From NCBI GenBank assembly GCA_026025075.1, contig JAPEUI010000016.1, forward strand, positions 124,001 to 188,000: DNA of 64,000 nucleotides, read 5' to 3'. The notes beneath the pieces are model-generated. The model ran no database searches. It saw only the letters and a list, made by a program, of their open reading frames with translations, and was not told the origin of the DNA. Source of the stretch: Vezdaea acicularis (Eukaryota). This document shows positions 63,027 to 64,000 of the stretch, piece after piece. Each line of letters opens with the position of its first letter. The stretch's first letter is position 1. Both the position numbers and the translations under genes were made by a program.

Positions 63027-64000
63027 TCAGTGATACCCATTGATCGATAGCCCGTCCAATTCTTCCTTTCGTGACCTATACAGTTGTTGTGCCTCCCTTT
63101 CTCTCCTCGCCACAAATTCGACCTCCGATCGGAGGACCCCGAGACGATTGGGAATTGCTGCCTCTTCAGCTACCTGGAGAGTGCGGAAAGTATTCAAAGA
63201 AGTTTTAGCTTGTTCAAGAGCATCAGCGGCTTCTCTGATCTTGTGCTTTAATACCTTTGAGCGTTGCTGATACCCGCCGAAATGAAGCGCTAGCTTCTTC
63301 TCGATTTTGGTTCCTCGCTCTGCATCATTCATCATTTTGTGCTGGACATCCTGAAGACTGTCAGTGTTGTCTTGAAAGGTAGTTTTCATGACTCACATCA
63401 AAAACTGCAGCCAGCATCTTTTGTTCATCGCTCTCATCTTCGTAGCTCCCTAGACCAGGTAGCTTGGACGAATCATGCAGTTCCATCCAGAGATTCTCTA
63501 AAGTGGCTTTAGCTGCTTCCACGGTACGCTCCGGGAGTTCTGATATGATTTCCATCCTAGCATTGTTGAGCGCGTCATCTTCAAACAGTTCAAGAGTCGT
63601 TGCACCTGCAACCCGGGTTATACCCTTGAGAGGATACTTTGACGCGTCATGACTGATCAGAAGGGCCATTTCTTGCATGATCGCACTTTCTACAGGGTCT
63701 GTCAATTTAGCAGCACTGCTTATGAGTGTTTCCAGGTTCACTGGAGATGGCCTTGGTAGATCCCTCTGTATGACCTGGGTCCTCCTTTTCAACTCAGTAC
63801 GCTCAGCTGCCTCGCTAATCTCTTGATTACGGCGATCGCGTATTGCAGCATCCTCTTCACTCAGTTCCCTGTCACCGTTGACTTCAGGCTGCTCAGATGG
63901 TAGCTCCTCGAGCTCCCATTCTACTTGTTGTGGTTTTGGTAGCGACGCAAGTCTATTTCTGGTCAGCGAAAAGGGGGCGAATTGCAGAATTTTGGAGCTG
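63027..64000 (-). CDS. CEF1: Pre-mRNA splicing factor Cef1/Cdc5L, 3' portion (partial)
   Basis: LPKPQQVEWELEELP, EEDAA.RD, KRRTQVIQRDLPRP, EMA.LI.HDA.KYP, KIEKKL.L..GGYQ.R and EEAAI..R...LR.EV motifs. Confidence 0.9.

Overview
Gene-dense, intron-containing eukaryotic DNA from a filamentous ascomycete (Pezizomycotina): GT-AG introns of about 50-100 nt with CTRAY branch points. I assembled about 30 protein-coding genes by hand. Most are housekeeping: GILT, atypical hexokinase, ALDH, TVP15, YUH1, GPR1/Git3, APL6, NUF2, thioredoxin, OTU protein, DAO, PPG1, RDI1, BQT4, CLP1, IPK2, ARB1, ZTA1, HIBADH, DDB1, a SUN protein, GAL10, a PMP3/SNA protein, DCS1 and partial CEF1. The strongest novelty candidate is a two-exon secreted repeat-peptide precursor at 1824-2435 (-). 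It has a signal peptide, kexin-type sites, X-A/X-P dipeptide leaders and five (IQ/LN)PQPLPPG cores, and its duplicated 48-codon unit differs at 29 synonymous codons but only 1 amino acid. Other items worth checking: a secreted protein with two 10-Cys repeats, a small myristoylated CRIB-like protein, a candidate SWSAP1/Shu-like RAD51 paralogue, a GUG-initiated mitochondrial thioredoxin isoform, an intronic double-guide box C/D snoRNA, a structured long RDI1 intron, a 76-bp tandem repeat with only transition differences (RIP-like), and abrupt intragenic GC shifts. I found no tRNA, rRNA, intact transposon or CRISPR array. All calls come from motif recognition without database searches, and splice boundaries are predictions.
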